From a virus (lineage: Duplodnaviria; Caudoviricetes): DNA of 57,536 nt. The notes beneath the pieces are model-generated. The model made no database searches and was not told the DNA's origin. It saw nothing but the letters and a program-made list of their open reading frames with translations. Below, in pieces: positions 24,868 through 33,846 of this stretch. A program made the translations under genes and the position numbers. Position 1 is the stretch's first letter. The number at the start of each line of letters is the position of its first letter. The stretch is from positions 1-57,536 of the IMG/VR virus record IMGVR_UViG_3300048999_000258, one strand, 5' to 3'.

Positions 24868-27054
24868 ATGGCGAAAAAATCACGCGATGACGTGTCCGAC
24901 GCAACGGCCACCGATACGATAGATGCAACTGACACAATCGATACAGATGCAGCGCCCGTGGACCCCGCAACGCCGACCGAAGAAGGCGCTGCGGGCGTCA
25001 CATTGGTAAATGACAGCAGCGCCGCAGACGGCAGCGGCTTGCAGACCACCACAGACCCATCAAACCCCGAGCAGACGGTGGTCGCAGGTGATGACGGCCA
25101 GCCCGTGGTGGGCACGGACGGCAGCCCCATCCAGGTGTCTGACGCAGGCGTGCCGGTGACCGATGCGCCAAGCGGCGACGGCAGCGTCGTAGCAAGCCCT
25201 GTGACGGGTGAGCCTGTCATAGACAGCGGGGATAACACTATCGCCGTCGCGGACGATGGCTCGGTGCCCACCGTGACGGACACGGATGGCGCAACACAGG
25301 TTGTCGCAGACCCAGCCAATCCAAGCCAGCCCATTAGCGTGGACGGCGCAACCGTGCCTGTCGCGGCCCCTAGCGATGCATCCGACACAACGGATAACAC
25401 CTCGGGAAACGACGACGCTGCGCCTGTCAACGCGGGCACTGTGGCCATCGATGCGCCCTCCGGCGCGTCGAGCAATGCCAGCGGTGCGGTTACTACGGAC
25501 TCGTCTGCCAGCACGCCCGATGCTGGCTCTGACCCGGTCGTGGCCGCCCCTGAAGCGGGTGACGCCGACGCCAACCCTACCTCGGATGCCCAAAATGCGC
25601 CTGTGGCATCCAGCCCATCTTCTTCGGACACCACGTCCACGTCGGATGGCTCTGGCACTGTCAGCGATGTAGCTGGTGCTCAAGGCAATACGGTTGATGC
25701 AGGCGAAAGCGATGCAGAGCCAAACCCAGATGAGCAAGACCCGGACGAGGCGGGAAACTTCGACGATACATCGTCGCAGCAAGCAGCTGGCTCGGATACG
25801 GGTGCGGATGACTCTTCATCATCAGACAATTCGTCATCGGATGCACAACCCGGAGATGGCTCGGCGGCCCCCGCCCAAGGCAACGCAGGCATCGGCGCAT
25901 TGCCAGACCCGCTGACCGGCACAGGTTCAGTTGACGCTTCGGGCGGCGGCTCAGTGGACGCGGCGGGCACCACTGTCATTGGCACACCGGCGGATAACAC
26001 GGGCGCTGGCAACGTGCCTGGCGCACCCGTGGATGGCAGCGGCACAGGCGCGGTCATTCAGGGCCAGGGCGCAGACCCAAACCAGACAGGCTCAATATCC
26101 ACGGCGCAGCCAGCGCAGACGGTTAATGGCATTGACTCAAGCGGCTCTGCCGGCGTGACGGTCGCAGCCAATCCCGCGCCTGTTGACCCGACCGCATCGG
26201 CAGGCATCGGTGCGGCAAGCCCTGCCCAACCAGCGCCGATTACCAATCCGGTCTCAGGTGACGGCACGGAACTCAACGGTGGCGTGGCTGCGGTCTCAAA
26301 TGACCCGCAGGACCCAAGTACAGCCACAGGGCTAGCTGACGGAGCAATCAGCACAGACGCTGGCTCAACAGCCAGTGTGCCATCAAGCCCGACTGACGCT
26401 CAGGACGGCAATGGTGACGCATCCTCAGTGACACCTACTGCACCGGCGGCTACGGATGACAGCGGCAGCACAGGTGCAGATGCGTCCGTGCCCAGCGCAC
26501 CCGCCCAGCCTGTAGAAGATGGCTCGGACGCGAGCGCACCAGCTGCGCCGTCTGCACCTAGTGTACCTGCGCAGGCGCCGGGGTTGAGCGACATTTTGGC
26601 GGACGTCAAAACTAAGCTCATCGCTGACCTCAACGCCGGCGTCGATAGTGTTGAGCAGACATTGGGTGATTCGTTTAGCAAGATGGAGGCAGATATCGTC
26701 GCTGACCTGCAGGCTGCAGAAGGCAAGGGCATCGACGAGGTGCAGGCATCGGTTGACGCGGGGTTGGATGACACGGGCGTATTGGGCCCGCTCGCAGGCG
26801 CCATCAAGGATGCGGCGGACAAGTTCTTCGGTGAGGCCAAGACCACCGTGCAGGGCCTGACCGCAGCGCTGCCTGATAAGGCTGTGCAAAACCTGAAGGT
26901 GTCTGCTGCCACCGCCATGGAGGCGCTTAAGCATCTAGGGCAGACGGACGTCTCCTCGATGTCTAGCCGTGAGAAAGAGCTTCTGGAGAAACTGAAGTCG
27001 TCTGTGGCTAGCATCGCTGAACACGGACTCGCGTTCTTCCACCTGAAGGGCTAA
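24868..27054 (+). CDS. Very acidic disordered protein with C-terminal helical domain
   Basis: Start reassigned to ATG 24868 (MAKKSRDD). About 570 consecutive residues contain no K, R or H. Confidence 0.8.
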   Translation: MAKKSRDDVSDATATDTIDATDTIDTDAAPVDPATPTEEGAAGVTLVNDSSAADGSGLQTTTDPSNPEQTVVAGDDGQPVVGTDGSPIQVSDAGVPVTDAPSGDGSVVASPVTGEPVIDSGDNTIAVADDGSVPTVTDTDGATQVVADPANPSQPISVDGATVPVAAPSDASDTTDNTSGNDDAAPVNAGTVAIDAPSGASSNASGAVTTDSSASTPDAGSDPVVAAPEAGDADANPTSDAQNAPVASSPSSSDTTSTSDGSGTVSDVAGAQGNTVDAGESDAEPNPDEQDPDEAGNFDDTSSQQAAGSDTGADDSSSSDNSSSDAQPGDGSAAPAQGNAGIGALPDPLTGTGSVDASGGGSVDAAGTTVIGTPADNTGAGNVPGAPVDGSGTGAVIQGQGADPNQTGSISTAQPAQTVNGIDSSGSAGVTVAANPAPVDPTASAGIGAASPAQPAPITNPVSGDGTELNGGVAAVSNDPQDPSTATGLADGAISTDAGSTASVPSSPTDAQDGNGDASSVTPTAPAATDDSGSTGADASVPSAPAQPVEDGSDASAPAAPSAPSVPAQAPGLSDILADVKTKLIADLNAGVDSVEQTLGDSFSKMEADIVADLQAAEGKGIDEVQASVDAGLDDTGVLGPLAGAIKDAADKFFGEAKTTVQGLTAALPDKAVQNLKVSAATAMEALKHLGQTDVSSMSSREKELLEKLKSSVASIAEHGLAFFHLKG

Positions 27055-27157
27055 CCTTTGCCTTAGCGCGCCTTTTTCTGATTGCCCTTGTTTGTGGCCC
27101 AGGCGTCTTTTGCCGGACGTCTGGGCTTTTTCTTTTTCGGCGCGCCCGGAGACTTCC

Positions 27158-27589
27158 ATGAGCGATGCAACCAGCACAGAGAATCAAGAACTCACTCAAC
27201 TCGAAAACCAGGTCAAAGGCGACGTCAAAGCGGCTACAGCCCAAGCGCTGCCCGGTATTGACGCAGACATACAAAAGACTGGCGACGACCTGTCAGCAGA
27301 CCTAGGCAAAATCGGTGACGACATCGTCGGGCTGGCAGCGGATATGGGCGGCCGCGTGTTTGCTGATGCTAAAAACGATGCAGCGCAATTTATCAACAAA
27401 CTGCCGCAGCCTCTGCCCTACTTGCTTCAGGGTATGGCCGCATCATCTGAGGCTGTCATCGATAGCTTAGGCACGCAGGCTTACACGCAGTTGCAGGGTG
27501 AAGAGAAGCAGCTCATCGCCAAAACGCAGCTGATTTGCGGCAGCGCCCTGTCTATGGTTGAAGCTTTTTTTGAGCGTCAAACAAAGTAG
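27158..27589 (+). CDS. Helical acidic protein, probable paralog of the preceding C-terminal domain
   Basis: GGAG SD before ATG 27158. Similar amphipathic pattern; both proteins end in AFF plus a short tail. Confidence 0.65.
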   Translation: MSDATSTENQELTQLENQVKGDVKAATAQALPGIDADIQKTGDDLSADLGKIGDDIVGLAADMGGRVFADAKNDAAQFINKLPQPLPYLLQGMAASSEAVIDSLGTQAYTQLQGEEKQLIAKTQLICGSALSMVEAFFERQTK

Positions 27590-27629
27590 TTAAGCTTTGA
27601 GCCCGCCTTTGCGGCGGCAGGGGCGGGCG

Positions 27630-28022
27630 ATGGGCAGGTATCGAAAACCTAAAGCGTTGCAGTTAACCCGCTTCGGGCCAGCATTGCGCGCGGCCCGAAA
27701 CACACGAGGCATGACGCTGCGTGACTTGGCCGTCGTGCTTGGCGTGTCTGTTCCCTATTTATCCGACGTCGAGACAGAACAACGCGGTGTGCTGGCGGAC
27801 GCACGGCTGCGCCAGCTCGTCGCGCTTTGGCCCGAAGATGGCGCACATCTGTCTAACCTGGCACGGCGACAATTGGCGTGTGTGTCGTTGCCTATCTACG
27901 ACGAAGACCCTGAACGACGCGATTTGGGTCTGGCCCTCGGGCGCATGTGGCTTGACCTCGACAAGCACCAGATTGCGGCCCTGGTGGGCGCGCTGCCGGC
28001 CGAGCAGGCCACCGCAAATTGA
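27630..28022 (+). CDS. XRE-family HTH regulator
   Basis: FGPALRAARNTRGMTLRDLAVVLGVSVPYLSDVETEQRG. Confidence 0.88.
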   Translation: MGRYRKPKALQLTRFGPALRAARNTRGMTLRDLAVVLGVSVPYLSDVETEQRGVLADARLRQLVALWPEDGAHLSNLARRQLACVSLPIYDEDPERRDLGLALGRMWLDLDKHQIAALVGALPAEQATAN

Positions 28023-28378
28023 AGACACGGCGGCAACGATTCGGGCCATTTTTGCGCCGCGTGCGCAAACAATACGGTGTGACCCTAGGGGGGCTTGCCA
28101 AGCATTTAAACGTGTCTATTCCCTACGTGTCTGACGTGGAGTCCGAACGACGCGGACCTTTCAACGAAAACAACCTCAGCCGGCTGTCGTCATTATTTGG
28201 TGATTTGGGCATACAGCTAGCAGAAAACGCGCGCCGACAAAGAGGCAGAATTGAGCTAGACATTGAAGCCGCGTCCGAACAGAAAATAGCCACTGGGCTA
28301 CTGTTGGCTGAAGTCTGGCCTAATCTCACAGAAGGCGACGCAGGGCGCCTAAAAGCCCTGCTGTACGACCTGACTTGA
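28019..28378 (+). CDS. XRE-family HTH regulator (paralog)
   Basis: FGPFLRRVRKQYGVTLGGLAKHLNVSIPYVSDVESERRG; 4-nt overlap with the upstream paralog. Confidence 0.88.
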   Translation: MKTRRQRFGPFLRRVRKQYGVTLGGLAKHLNVSIPYVSDVESERRGPFNENNLSRLSSLFGDLGIQLAENARRQRGRIELDIEAASEQKIATGLLLAEVWPNLTEGDAGRLKALLYDLT

Positions 28379-28411
28379 ATCAGCTTAGCGCGATGCGTCA
28401 CGCTAGCGGCC

Positions 28412-28624
28412 ATGGCAAATCACGCATCCGAAGCTTACATGAACTACGGCTGGGCGTGCGTATGCGAGCAATGCGCTGCGAACCGCCAGGCCAAACCCCC
28501 TACCGCGGCCCAGGTCGAGCAGTTTGCTGACTTGATTGCTGAACGCAATCGCGTCGGGCAGCAGGCGCCCAAAAGGGTGCGCAAGCGCGGGCCGAAGCGG
28601 CGGCCGGATGCGCCGGATTGGTAG
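28412..28624 (+). CDS. Hypothetical small basic protein
   Basis: YMNYGWACVCEQC Cys motif and basic tail. Confidence 0.45.
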   Translation: MANHASEAYMNYGWACVCEQCAANRQAKPPTAAQVEQFADLIAERNRVGQQAPKRVRKRGPKRRPDAPDW

Positions 28625-28642
28625 CTGGCTTGGCAAACGCTC

Positions 28643-29807
28643 TTGATACCTCCCGGCCCTAAAGGGCCAGGATTCCCTCTACAGGACGCTCGCATCCGAG
28701 CGCGAGAATGTTGCGGGCCGCGTTAATATCACGGTCGTGTCCCTGTCCACAATTACTGCAGACCCATTCCCTTATTCCAAGCTGCGCGATACCTCTCGGC
28801 CTCGACTCGGGCAGGCTGCCACAAGCCGAACACAACTGGGACGAATATGCTTCGTTGACTTCTCGGTATGTTACGCCTTTCGCAATCGACTTGTAGCGCA
28901 ACATATTCTTTAGCAGACCCCACCCAGCATCGTAGACGGACTTTGCCATCTTTGTTTTGCCTAGGTTTTTGCTGCTGACGTCACCAACGACCACCACTTG
29001 ATTGTCTCGCACAAGCTGGGTGGACAGCTTATGCAGGCCGTCTAAACGGCGGTTCTTAGCTTTGGCGTGCAGCGCTTTGACCCGCTTTTTTTTGTGGGCG
29101 CGCTGCGCTTTGCCGAGCGACTCCTCGACTGCGCGGTAGGCACGCAGGCCATCATATTTTTGGCCGTCAGACATCGTGGCTGTTGTTTTAAGCCCTAAAT
29201 CGATGCCGACTTGTTTGTCCGGGCAGACCCAAGCAAAACTTACATCAACGCACAAGTTAATGTACCAGTGACCACGAGCGTCCTGGGAAAACGACCCGCA
29301 TTTGATTTTGCCAAAGACTGGCCGACTCAGCCACACACGGTAGACGTGTCCGCGAAACTTAAAGCCATCGTCAAGTTGCCTGATGCCACGAGCTTTGAAC
29401 GGCACCCATCCAAGTGCTCGTTTGCCGCGGTAGCGAAGCCAGCGCTTCTTGTGCTGAATGCGCGACTGCGCGTACTGTTCACAAACGGCTTGAATTGTCT
29501 CAGCGCCGAGATCCATTTCTTCGCAGCCGCCACTGGCCAAATTGTTGAGGTCAAACGCACGGAGCCACGGCCGACCATTGCGCACGGCCTGGCGCTGCAG
29601 GTCATTGCACCAGTTGAAAACTTGATTTACATCGAAAGCAGCTTTTTCCAGTTTTTTGCGGCTGGCTTTGCCTTTGACGCGATATCGTAAAACCTGCAAC
29701 ATGCCCTGACATACACCGGAGGTCTGACAAATGGCTAGCTATTGTACGGGCTTCGCCCGTGCCCTCTACCTCCCGGCCCTAAAGGGCCAGGTTTCACGGG
29801 CTTTTGG
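28643..29807 (-). mobile_element. IS200/IS605-family tnpB-only element (IS1341-like)
   Basis: Identical 25-bp hairpin-containing sequence at 28647-28671 and 29767-29791. Right end GAAT-hairpin-TCAA. Left end TTCAT|CCAAAAGCCCGT-GAAA-hairpin. Confidence 0.88.
28659..29702 (-). CDS. tnpB: TnpB RNA-guided endonuclease
   Basis: VGIDLG, VYDAGWG, CSAC...CSNC Zn finger, HDRDINAARNI. Stop codon lies inside the right-end hairpin. Confidence 0.95.
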   Translation of the reverse strand: MLQVLRYRVKGKASRKKLEKAAFDVNQVFNWCNDLQRQAVRNGRPWLRAFDLNNLASGGCEEMDLGAETIQAVCEQYAQSRIQHKKRWLRYRGKRALGWVPFKARGIRQLDDGFKFRGHVYRVWLSRPVFGKIKCGSFSQDARGHWYINLCVDVSFAWVCPDKQVGIDLGLKTTATMSDGQKYDGLRAYRAVEESLGKAQRAHKKKRVKALHAKAKNRRLDGLHKLSTQLVRDNQVVVVGDVSSKNLGKTKMAKSVYDAGWGLLKNMLRYKSIAKGVTYREVNEAYSSQLCSACGSLPESRPRGIAQLGIREWVCSNCGQGHDRDINAARNILALGCERPVEGILAL

Positions 29808-29939
29808 ATGAATCTTAACCTCAGCTATTGGGACGCCAAAACGTTGCATGAGGCACTGACCAAGGCATTGGAAGCTCCTGGTCCGAAAGGTGAGACGTCT
29901 TACTTGAAATTCGGCGACGACGAAAACACGACTACTTAA
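29808..29939 (+). CDS. 43-aa hypothetical protein whose ATG is part of the IS target motif
   Basis: MNLNLSYWDAKTLHEALTKALEAPG...; ATGAA is the reverse complement of the TTCAT target. Confidence 0.35.
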   Translation: MNLNLSYWDAKTLHEALTKALEAPGPKGETSYLKFGDDENTTT

Positions 29940-30055
29940 GCGCAACACTCATCAAGGAAGGTTAGATATTGATACCTCTCGGCTTCTGGCCTGATGCAGA
30001 CACCTACATTTGACTACTCCCCACGGCTGAAGCCGGGGGATTCCCCGGAGTCCGC

Positions 30056-31108
30056 TCATGATTGGGCTCCTGCTTCCAGGCTCTCTAGTCCGAGAGCGGC
30101 AATATATTTCGCAGCGTTGATGTCACGGTCGTGAAAGATCCCGCATGAACACTGCCATTGCCTTACGCCAAGACCTGCGAAACCTTTCGGCCCCTCTCTG
30201 CTAAAGCAAAGAGAACAGGTCTGGGTTGAATATGCCTCGTTGACCTCTAAATACACAACTCGATGCCTTTTGGCTTTATACGCGAGCTGTGTTCTCAACG
30301 ATGACCAGCCAGCATCAAGTACGGATTTCGCCATACTCGTTTTTGCTAAGCCGCTCGCGTTGACGTTGCCAACAAATACAGCTTCGTGCGATTGCACTAA
30401 CTGTGTCGAAAGTTTGTGAAGATGGTCATGGCGCTGCGCTTTGACCTTTGCATGTATTTTCTTGACTTGTCTCTTCTTATGCGCTCTTTGCGCGATGCCT
30501 AGGCGCGCTTCTGCTGCACGATAAAGGCGTGGATGAGAAATCTTCTGACCTTCGCTCGTCACCGCTAAATCTTTTAAACCGAGGTCAATACCAACAACGC
30601 CCTTTCCTGTGCCCTGCGCTTCTTCGATGTTGACTGGCAAGTTGATGTACCAACGTCCGCGACTATCTTGGGTAAAAGACCCAGCACAAAAAGTTTGACC
30701 ATCTTGCAATTTGCGACTGACCCACGCTTTGTATTTCCTGCCCCGGAAGGTAAAAACGCCATTTCTGTAGACGACATGCCCCTTATTAAAAGGTACCCAT
30801 CCGAGAGAGCGCTTTGACGACTTAGGATTCGACACGCGCCAGCGTAGCCAAGGCTTATTTTTTGCTGAGCGGCTTTTGTCGTATACCTGGCAAACCTGTT
30901 GTATGGTATGTGCGTGTACATCGAGTTCTTTGCTGCTGCCTGCCGTTAATTTTTGCAAGTCATGCCAAGAAAGCCATCGACGTCTTGATTTGACAGCTTT
31001 CTGCTGCGTTTCGTTACAATAATTCCAAATAAAATTGACGACCTTTGATTGGCGTACAAGTTCGCTATCGCACGTATCCCTCAATCTGAACCTAAAAGTT
31101 ATTTGCAT
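30056..31108 (-). CDS. tnpB: TnpB RNA-guided endonuclease
   Basis: VGIDLGLKD, AKSVLDAGWS, CSLC...CSC, HDRDINAAKYI. Confidence 0.95.
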   Translation of the reverse strand: MQITFRFRLRDTCDSELVRQSKVVNFIWNYCNETQQKAVKSRRRWLSWHDLQKLTAGSSKELDVHAHTIQQVCQVYDKSRSAKNKPWLRWRVSNPKSSKRSLGWVPFNKGHVVYRNGVFTFRGRKYKAWVSRKLQDGQTFCAGSFTQDSRGRWYINLPVNIEEAQGTGKGVVGIDLGLKDLAVTSEGQKISHPRLYRAAEARLGIAQRAHKKRQVKKIHAKVKAQRHDHLHKLSTQLVQSHEAVFVGNVNASGLAKTSMAKSVLDAGWSSLRTQLAYKAKRHRVVYLEVNEAYSTQTCSLCFSREGPKGFAGLGVRQWQCSCGIFHDRDINAAKYIAALGLESLEAGAQS

Positions 31109-31491
31109 TTTTGTTGCTCTATGTACTTCTTAACAACTGCGAGCGGCGCACCACCGACTGTTGCTACGAAATAACTGTTTGTCCAGAGAGTGGGTACACG
31201 GGTTTTTAGCAGTCTAAATTCTGCCCGTAAAAGTCGCGAAGACCTACCTTTAATTGCTTTTACCAAGCGATGGATCCCGAACTGCGGGTCGCAGTCCACG
31301 AGCAAATGAAAGTGGTCTCCATCAGCTTCCATCTCAGCAATTGTTGCTTTTTTCTCAAATGCCACCTGACTGGCTATTTCTTTGAGCCGCCGCTCGACGC
31401 CGTCGAAAGACAGAAGCTTGCGCCTATACTTGACGCACCATACGACATGGTAGGTGCATCTGTAGACGACGTTGAGATTAGAGCGAATCAT
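31099..31491 (-). CDS. tnpA: IS200-type Y1 (HUH) transposase
   Basis: YHVVWCVKYRR, DHFHLL (HUH), KGRSSR, LWTNSYFVATVG, KKYIEQQ. Start reassigned to ATG 31491. Confidence 0.96.
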   Translation of the reverse strand: MIRSNLNVVYRCTYHVVWCVKYRRKLLSFDGVERRLKEIASQVAFEKKATIAEMEADGDHFHLLVDCDPQFGIHRLVKAIKGRSSRLLRAEFRLLKTRVPTLWTNSYFVATVGGAPLAVVKKYIEQQKCK

Positions 31492-31497
31492 AGAGCT

Positions 31498-31526
31498 GTT
31501 ATACAGGCCTGCGCAAAATAAAGCAA
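31498..31526 (-). promoter_or_regulatory. Sigma70-type promoter for tnpA, probably giving a leaderless mRNA
   Basis: TTGCTT-17 nt-TATAAC, ending 6 nt before ATG 31491. Confidence 0.6.
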
Positions 31527-31691
31527 CACCTAGGCTCACCCCATAGCTAAAGCTAGGGGATTGCGCCTAGCAGATGTTCAGTCAAGCGACTTTTTGTGCC
31601 AGACGGTGAAGCCCACTGAGGCGTATATTTGACCCCCTGTTCAGCTTAGCCCACAATCCCGGGTATTAGTCCTATTCCGGGGGTTTTGCCT

Positions 31692-33320
31692 ATGAAAGCC
31701 ACGCTGTCTCACATCGGTGCCACGCTCTTGTCGCTGGTCACCAGTTGCGGCCACATCTCCGACGTCAACGTCACCGCAGGCGCCACAGAGCCCGCAGAAG
31801 CCGCTGATGGATCAGAGACAGGTGAAACCTTTACCCTTGGCGTAGCGCTGCATTTTCGCAACGAGGGCGCTCTCGACGCCTTGCTTGTCCGTCTTTACGA
31901 CCCCAAAAGCCCCGACTACGGCAAGTTTCTCACCCCTGATGAGTTCCAGACGCAATTTGGCCCCAAGCCCGAAGCCGTGGCCCGCGTGCGGCGCCATCTT
32001 GGTAGTCATGGCATGAGCGTGGCTGAAGCACCCCATGGCCAGTTCATCAAAGCCCGCGCCACCAAGGCACAGGCCGAGGCGGCATTTAAGACCACCGTCG
32101 TGGCTCACACTGCCCATGATGGGCGCAAAGAACGAGGCCTTGTGACAGCACCGAAGCTGCCCGCAGGCATCGCCGCCGTGCACAACCTCAAAACCCCGCC
32201 GCGCCGCCATCCGCAGATGCGCCGTGTCAGCGCCAACCCTGAGCCTTCAAACGTAGCGCCGCTTTCGGCCAAAGACATCCGCACCGTCTACAACGTGCCA
32301 GCGAACGTCAATTCCAAAGACCGCTACCTTGCCCTAGTCGAGCTAGACGGCTACGACCCCGCAGACGTCAAGGCCTACGCCAAGGCCAACAACATGGCCC
32401 TGCCGCCCATTACCAACGTCCTCGTCTCAGGCTTTGATGGCAATGTCATAGACCCTGATGCCCAGGTTGAGGTGACGATGGACATTGAGGTGATGGCGGC
32501 GATGGCCGGGCAGGCCAAAGAAATCCTCGTGTATGAGACAAGCCAGCAGCAGGGCACCTTGCTGGGCCTGTTTAACGAAATCGCCAACCCCAGCTTGGGC
32601 GCCAAGAAAATGCCGCACGTCATCAGCTGCTCTTGGGGCGCGCCTGAGGGCGAGATGACAGCCAGCGACGCCAAAGCTGAGGCCATGGTGTTCAAGCAGA
32701 TGGCGGCCCAAGGCCAGACGGTGTTTGCTGCCTCAGGCGATTCGGGCGCCAATGACGACGGCCATACGCTAGGCACCGACGACCCAGCCAGCCAGCCCTA
32801 CGTGGTCGCTGTCGGCGGCACGACGCTGAGCAGCCACGCTGGCGCATACATCTCTGAAAGCGCCTGGTACGACGGCCAGGGCGGCGGAGGCGGCGGCGTC
32901 TCTCGTTTTTGGTCTATGCCCATCTGGCAGCAAGGTATTGCTGGCACGGCAAGCAAAGCGTCACTTAGCAAGCGCAACGTGCCAGACGTCGCACTCAATG
33001 CTGACCCGCAGACAGGCTACAACGTCTACGTCTCAGGGCAGTGGATGACTGTCGGCGGCACCAGCTGCGCGGCACCTATCTGGGCGGCATTTATGGGCAT
33101 CGTCAACACGCAGCGCCTGAGCAAAAAGTTGCCAGACATAGGCTTTTTGTCGCCGACCTTATACCGAATTGGCTCCGGCGTCGGCGGCGCGGCAGCCTTT
33201 CATGACATCGCAGACAACTCTACTAACGGCTATTATCCTGCGGTATCGGGCTTTGATGATGCGACGGGCTGGGGGTCTATGGACGGGGCAAAATTCTTGC
33301 AGCTGTTTACGGCAAAATAG
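31692..33320 (+). CDS. S53 (sedolisin/kumamolisin) serine protease with prodomain, predicted lipoprotein
   Basis: Lipobox-like LVTSC; prodomain DPKSPDYGKFLTPDEF; catalytic EVTMD, ASGDSG, GGTSCAAP; Ca site GFDDATGWGS. Confidence 0.93.
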   Translation: MKATLSHIGATLLSLVTSCGHISDVNVTAGATEPAEAADGSETGETFTLGVALHFRNEGALDALLVRLYDPKSPDYGKFLTPDEFQTQFGPKPEAVARVRRHLGSHGMSVAEAPHGQFIKARATKAQAEAAFKTTVVAHTAHDGRKERGLVTAPKLPAGIAAVHNLKTPPRRHPQMRRVSANPEPSNVAPLSAKDIRTVYNVPANVNSKDRYLALVELDGYDPADVKAYAKANNMALPPITNVLVSGFDGNVIDPDAQVEVTMDIEVMAAMAGQAKEILVYETSQQQGTLLGLFNEIANPSLGAKKMPHVISCSWGAPEGEMTASDAKAEAMVFKQMAAQGQTVFAASGDSGANDDGHTLGTDDPASQPYVVAVGGTTLSSHAGAYISESAWYDGQGGGGGGVSRFWSMPIWQQGIAGTASKASLSKRNVPDVALNADPQTGYNVYVSGQWMTVGGTSCAAPIWAAFMGIVNTQRLSKKLPDIGFLSPTLYRIGSGVGGAAAFHDIADNSTNGYYPAVSGFDDATGWGSMDGAKFLQLFTAK

Positions 33321-33483
33321 AGATGCCTATGCTTGTGCACTGCATCCTGGCCGTTTTGGTGTCGACACTTCTGGTCTCTGCTATTGAGGTTTCGCCGCTG
33401 CCAATGTTGCCGAAACGTATCGCCATCGCCTGCATTTTGTTCGCGATTGCATTTTCTGTCGCTAACCGAGCGGGTGTTTTCTG

Positions 33484-33846
33484 ATGGGAAAACAAAAGCG
33501 GACACTAGCTGTCGACTTTGATGGCGTATTGCACCGTTACAGCGGCTATAGGGATGGTTTTATTGACGGCCCGGTGCATGGCGCGCTTGATTTTGTGCAC
33601 GCCCTCTTGGCACGCGGCAACACCGTAGTGGTGTTTACGACACGCAAACGCTCGGATGTCGAAGCCTGGCTTGAACGACACAATTTTCCTGCGCTGGAGG
33701 TGACAGACATCAAACGCCCGTTTTGGCTTATCCTGGATGACCGGGCAATGCCTTTCGACGGCCATTTTGATGATGCACTACTAGAGCGAATTGTTTCATT
33801 CAAACCATACTGGATTGATGGCGGACCAGCCAAAGGACACGCCTGA
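33484..33846 (+). CDS. HAD-superfamily hydrolase-like protein
   Basis: LAVDFDGVLH (motif I), VFTTR, ILDDRA. Confidence 0.85.
   Translation: MGKQKRTLAVDFDGVLHRYSGYRDGFIDGPVHGALDFVHALLARGNTVVVFTTRKRSDVEAWLERHNFPALEVTDIKRPFWLILDDRAMPFDGHFDDALLERIVSFKPYWIDGGPAKGHA

Larger units (their letters stand above)
30010..31576 (-). mobile_element. IS200/IS605-family element with tnpA and tnpB
   Basis: Right end GAATCCCCCGGCTTCAGCCGTGGGGAGTAGTCAA. Left end TGAA|CATCTGCTAGGCG-CAAT-CCCCTAGCTTTAGCTATGGGG. Co-oriented overlapping tnpA and tnpB. Confidence 0.9.

Noticed and set aside
24789-27014. Long antisense ORFs over the acidic protein, and similar ones over the fibre, scaffold and tape measure genes
   Set aside because: Low-complexity shadows expected opposite GC-rich biased genes. 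Unlike the intein case, they have no domain-like motifs.
28647-29791. 25-bp direct repeat as target-site duplication or att core
   Set aside because: It is the subterminal hairpin at both IS ends; IS200/IS605 elements do not make target duplications.
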